38,895 nucleotides of DNA from Ignavibacteria bacterium (GTDB lineage: Bacteria > Elusimicrobiota > Endomicrobiia > PHAN01): contig JBGFRZ010000015.1 of assembly GCA_041694835.1 (NCBI GenBank), forward strand, positions 1 to 38,895, read 5' to 3'. The stretch's first letter is position 1; each line of letters starts with the position of its first letter. A model generated the notes under the pieces. It was not told the origin of the DNA. It worked only from the letters and a program-made list of their open reading frames with translations, and made no database searches. This document shows, piece after piece, positions 37,161 to 38,895 of this stretch. Both the position numbers and the translations under genes were made by a program.

Positions 37161-37361
37161 ATGTCTATTCGACGACCAAATGACAAAAAATATCAAGCGG
37201 AAAAATGCCATTGCCCAAATTGCGAGGAAGAACTCAAGTTCAGTTGCTTCGAACCTCCGTTTTGCGTCCCCTGCCAAATCAAATTCAAAAACTGCAAAAC
37301 CTGCGGAGAAATGGTCGGTGAAAATCTCAAAACCTGTCCCCACTGCGGCAGGGGAATGTAA
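37161..37361 (+). CDS. Small double zinc-ribbon protein
   Basis: Four CxxC pairs in 66 aa. GGAGG RBS. Confidence 0.75.
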   Translation: MSIRRPNDKKYQAEKCHCPNCEEELKFSCFEPPFCVPCQIKFKNCKTCGEMVGENLKTCPHCGRGM

Positions 37362-37392
37362 AATACAAAACAATTCTACCGTTGATGACCAC

Positions 37393-37529
37393 TTGACAAA
37401 AATAAATTTGTATGATAGAATGATACTATAGGGTGTACCGCTGTAGATGGACAGATGATTTAGTATTATGCTGACAAGACTGCGATTTTTGTCACATGCT
37501 TGACTTATTTTTTCTTTATTTGGTAGAAT
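37393..37529 (+). promoter_or_regulatory. Two tandem sigma70 promoter candidates
   Basis: TTGACA-17-TAGAAT (37393-37421) and TTGACT-18-TAGAAT (37500-37529), both with TG extension. Confidence 0.6.
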
Positions 37530-37635
37530 TTCATAAGAGGCAAAAAGTGATACCTCTGCTAAAAATTAGGGGAATAGATATTCATGAACATTCACAATAA
37601 AATTTGTGATGTATTATTCGTGAGAGGGAGGGATT

Positions 37636-38895
37636 ATGCGTAAGGGTTCAGGGTTGGTTTTATGTTGTTGCTTGTTACTTGTCGCTTGTTGCTGCCTTTA
37701 CTCGGCAACACCGAACAAGGTTAAGTACCAGGGTGTGCTGAAGGAAAAGGGTTCGTTGGTAACAGGAAGGAAAACGATGCAGTTCCGTATTACCAATTTG
37801 GATGGTTCAACTGCTTACTGGGGCAGCGGCAACGTTTCGGTTGAAGTTGCCCAGGGCGTTTTTACTTACACGCTTGAACCGACCGGAATAAACTGGTCAA
37901 CAGGAGGACCTTACTATTTAGAGGTAACTGTTGGTGGACAACTGCTTTCACCGCGTGAAGAGATTGGTTCAACCGTGTATGCATTACAGGCAAAGAACAT
38001 AGATGATAATGCAATAACATCTGCCAAAATACTTGATGGAACAATTGCAAATGCTGATATATCACCAACCGCAGCGATTTCTGCATCAAAACTTTCTGGT
38101 GTTTTAACAGTCGGTGGAAACCGCACAGATGCAAATCTTGATGCACTCACAGGCGGTGGAGCAACAGCGCTGCACACACATATTGGAGGCGGTGCCGGCG
38201 GCGGTCTGGGCACTCATATAGCGACAATGACATTAAATATGTCAAATTTTCCTATTATAAATGTTGCAACTATTTCAGCGACAGGAAGTATTCTTTTTTC
38301 AGGAAATGTTGGCGCTATCCCTATGCAAGGTGCAGGGACACGGCTGATGTGGTATCCTGCAAAAAGAGCCTTCAGAGCAGGGGAAGTTAGTGGAACACAA
38401 TGGAATGATGCAAATATCGGCAGTTACTCAACCGCAATGGGATATGACACAACCGCCAGCGGTAATTGGACTGCAATTGCTATGGGGTGGGTCACAACCG
38501 CCAGCGGGGACGCCTCAACCGCAATGGGATCAAACACAACCGCCAGCGGGTACATCTCAACCGCAATGGGAGAAGGCACAACCGCCAGCGGACTTGCCGC
38601 AACCGCAATGGGAAAATACACAACTGCCAGCGGGAACACCTCAATCGCAATGGGTGAGAATATAACAGCAGGTCCTGCTGCTAATACTATCGCTATTGGT
38701 AGAGGTATTGATAATACCAATCGCCTTGTCAATAATACTGCCAACACATTTGCAGTTGGCTTCAACAGAACCACCCCGACTTTAACAGTTTCTTCGTGGA
38801 CGGTAGTTGGTGATGGCAGTTTATTATTTTCAGGAACTTATGGTGGTATTCCAGCACAAGGTGCAGGGACACGGCTGATGTGGTATCCTGCAAAA
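37636..38895 (+). CDS. Large secreted surface/fibre protein with YadA-head-like repeats, 3'-truncated by the window end
   Basis: GGAGG RBS. Open frame to the end of the window: signal peptide, VKYQGVL...YYLEV...LSPRE...VYA domain, ITSAKILDG, GAGTRLMWYPAK twice, STAMGxxTTASG repeats. Absent from the ORF track because it has no stop. Confidence 0.88.
   Translation, partial: MRKGSGLVLCCCLLLVACCCLYSATPNKVKYQGVLKEKGSLVTGRKTMQFRITNLDGSTAYWGSGNVSVEVAQGVFTYTLEPTGINWSTGGPYYLEVTVGGQLLSPREEIGSTVYALQAKNIDDNAITSAKILDGTIANADISPTAAISASKLSGVLTVGGNRTDANLDALTGGGATALHTHIGGGAGGGLGTHIATMTLNMSNFPIINVATISATGSILFSGNVGAIPMQGAGTRLMWYPAKRAFRAGEVSGTQWNDANIGSYSTAMGYDTTASGNWTAIAMGWVTTASGDASTAMGSNTTASGYISTAMGEGTTASGLAATAMGKYTTASGNTSIAMGENITAGPAANTIAIGRGIDNTNRLVNNTANTFAVGFNRTTPTLTVSSWTVVGDGSLLFSGTYGGIPAQGAGTRLMWYPAK
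38428..38670 (+). repeat. ~42-bp coding tandem repeat (about 6 units)
   Basis: TCAACCGCAATGGG-N7-ACAACCGCCAGCGG units encoding 14-aa Hep/Hag repeats. Confidence 0.9.

Noticed and set aside
25133-37361. Selenocysteine readthrough in the redox genes
   Set aside because: All expected Cys ligands are encoded as Cys, and TGA codons fall at normal C-termini.
37592-37609. TCACAA-N6-TTGTGA palindrome as a CRP/Rex site
   Set aside because: The half-sites are in the opposite orientation to CRP/Rex boxes, it occurs once, and no cognate regulator is evident. It may still be an operator.
38428-38670. Regularly spaced repeats resembling a CRISPR array
   Set aside because: The period is 42 bp in frame with only 6-7 variable nt. 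It encodes YadA-like repeats, and no cas genes are present.
285-38774. Numerous minus-strand and alternate-frame ORFs (e.g. 5349-5891, 17431-18006, 27100-27723, 38390-38665, 38424-38774)
   Set aside because: They are shadows of well-supported + strand genes or of repeat periodicity, with no recognisable motifs.
1-38895. tRNA, rRNA, transposase, integrase or prophage genes
   Set aside because: No cloverleaf/T-loop consensus, rRNA-like tract, or DDE/HUH/recombinase ORF was recognised by eye.

Overview
A 38.9-kb stretch of an AT-rich bacterial chromosome, probably from an anaerobe. The gene content is reminiscent of Elusimicrobiota-type genomes, but that is a low-confidence impression. All credible genes are on the + strand. 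In order, the window holds: (1) a three-gene minor-pilin/pseudopilin cluster; (2) an Opp/App peptide ABC transporter interrupted by a HAD hydrolase; (3) an uncharacterised ATP-grasp ligase coupled to a double alpha/beta-hydrolase; (4) a tRNA nucleotidyltransferase lacking the flexible loop (CC-adding type) and a secreted Zn-phospholipase C/S1-P1-like protein; (5) a GAF-ANTAR regulator with cognate dual-hairpin RNA motifs ahead of a nitrogen cluster (class II GATase, truncated P-II, split archaeal-type glutamate synthase); (6) a PerR-box-controlled oxidative-stress/Fe-S cluster (perR, rubredoxin, fprA, NAD(P)H:rubredoxin reductase, rbr, suhB, ferredoxin, nth, korAB, dfx, nifS, nifU); and (7) the 5' part of a large YadA-repeat surface protein missing from the ORF track. 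The most notable points are a NifS whose PLP-binding Lys is replaced by Gln, the ANTAR RNA motifs, and the ATP-grasp/hydrolase pair. Many intergenic spacers also carry non-autonomous elements (MITEs with target-site duplications, nested insertions, REP-like palindromes, 7-8-mer arrays), and some of these have entered coding sequence. No tRNA, rRNA, CRISPR array or transposase was recognised. All family calls come from motif reading by eye, not database searches.
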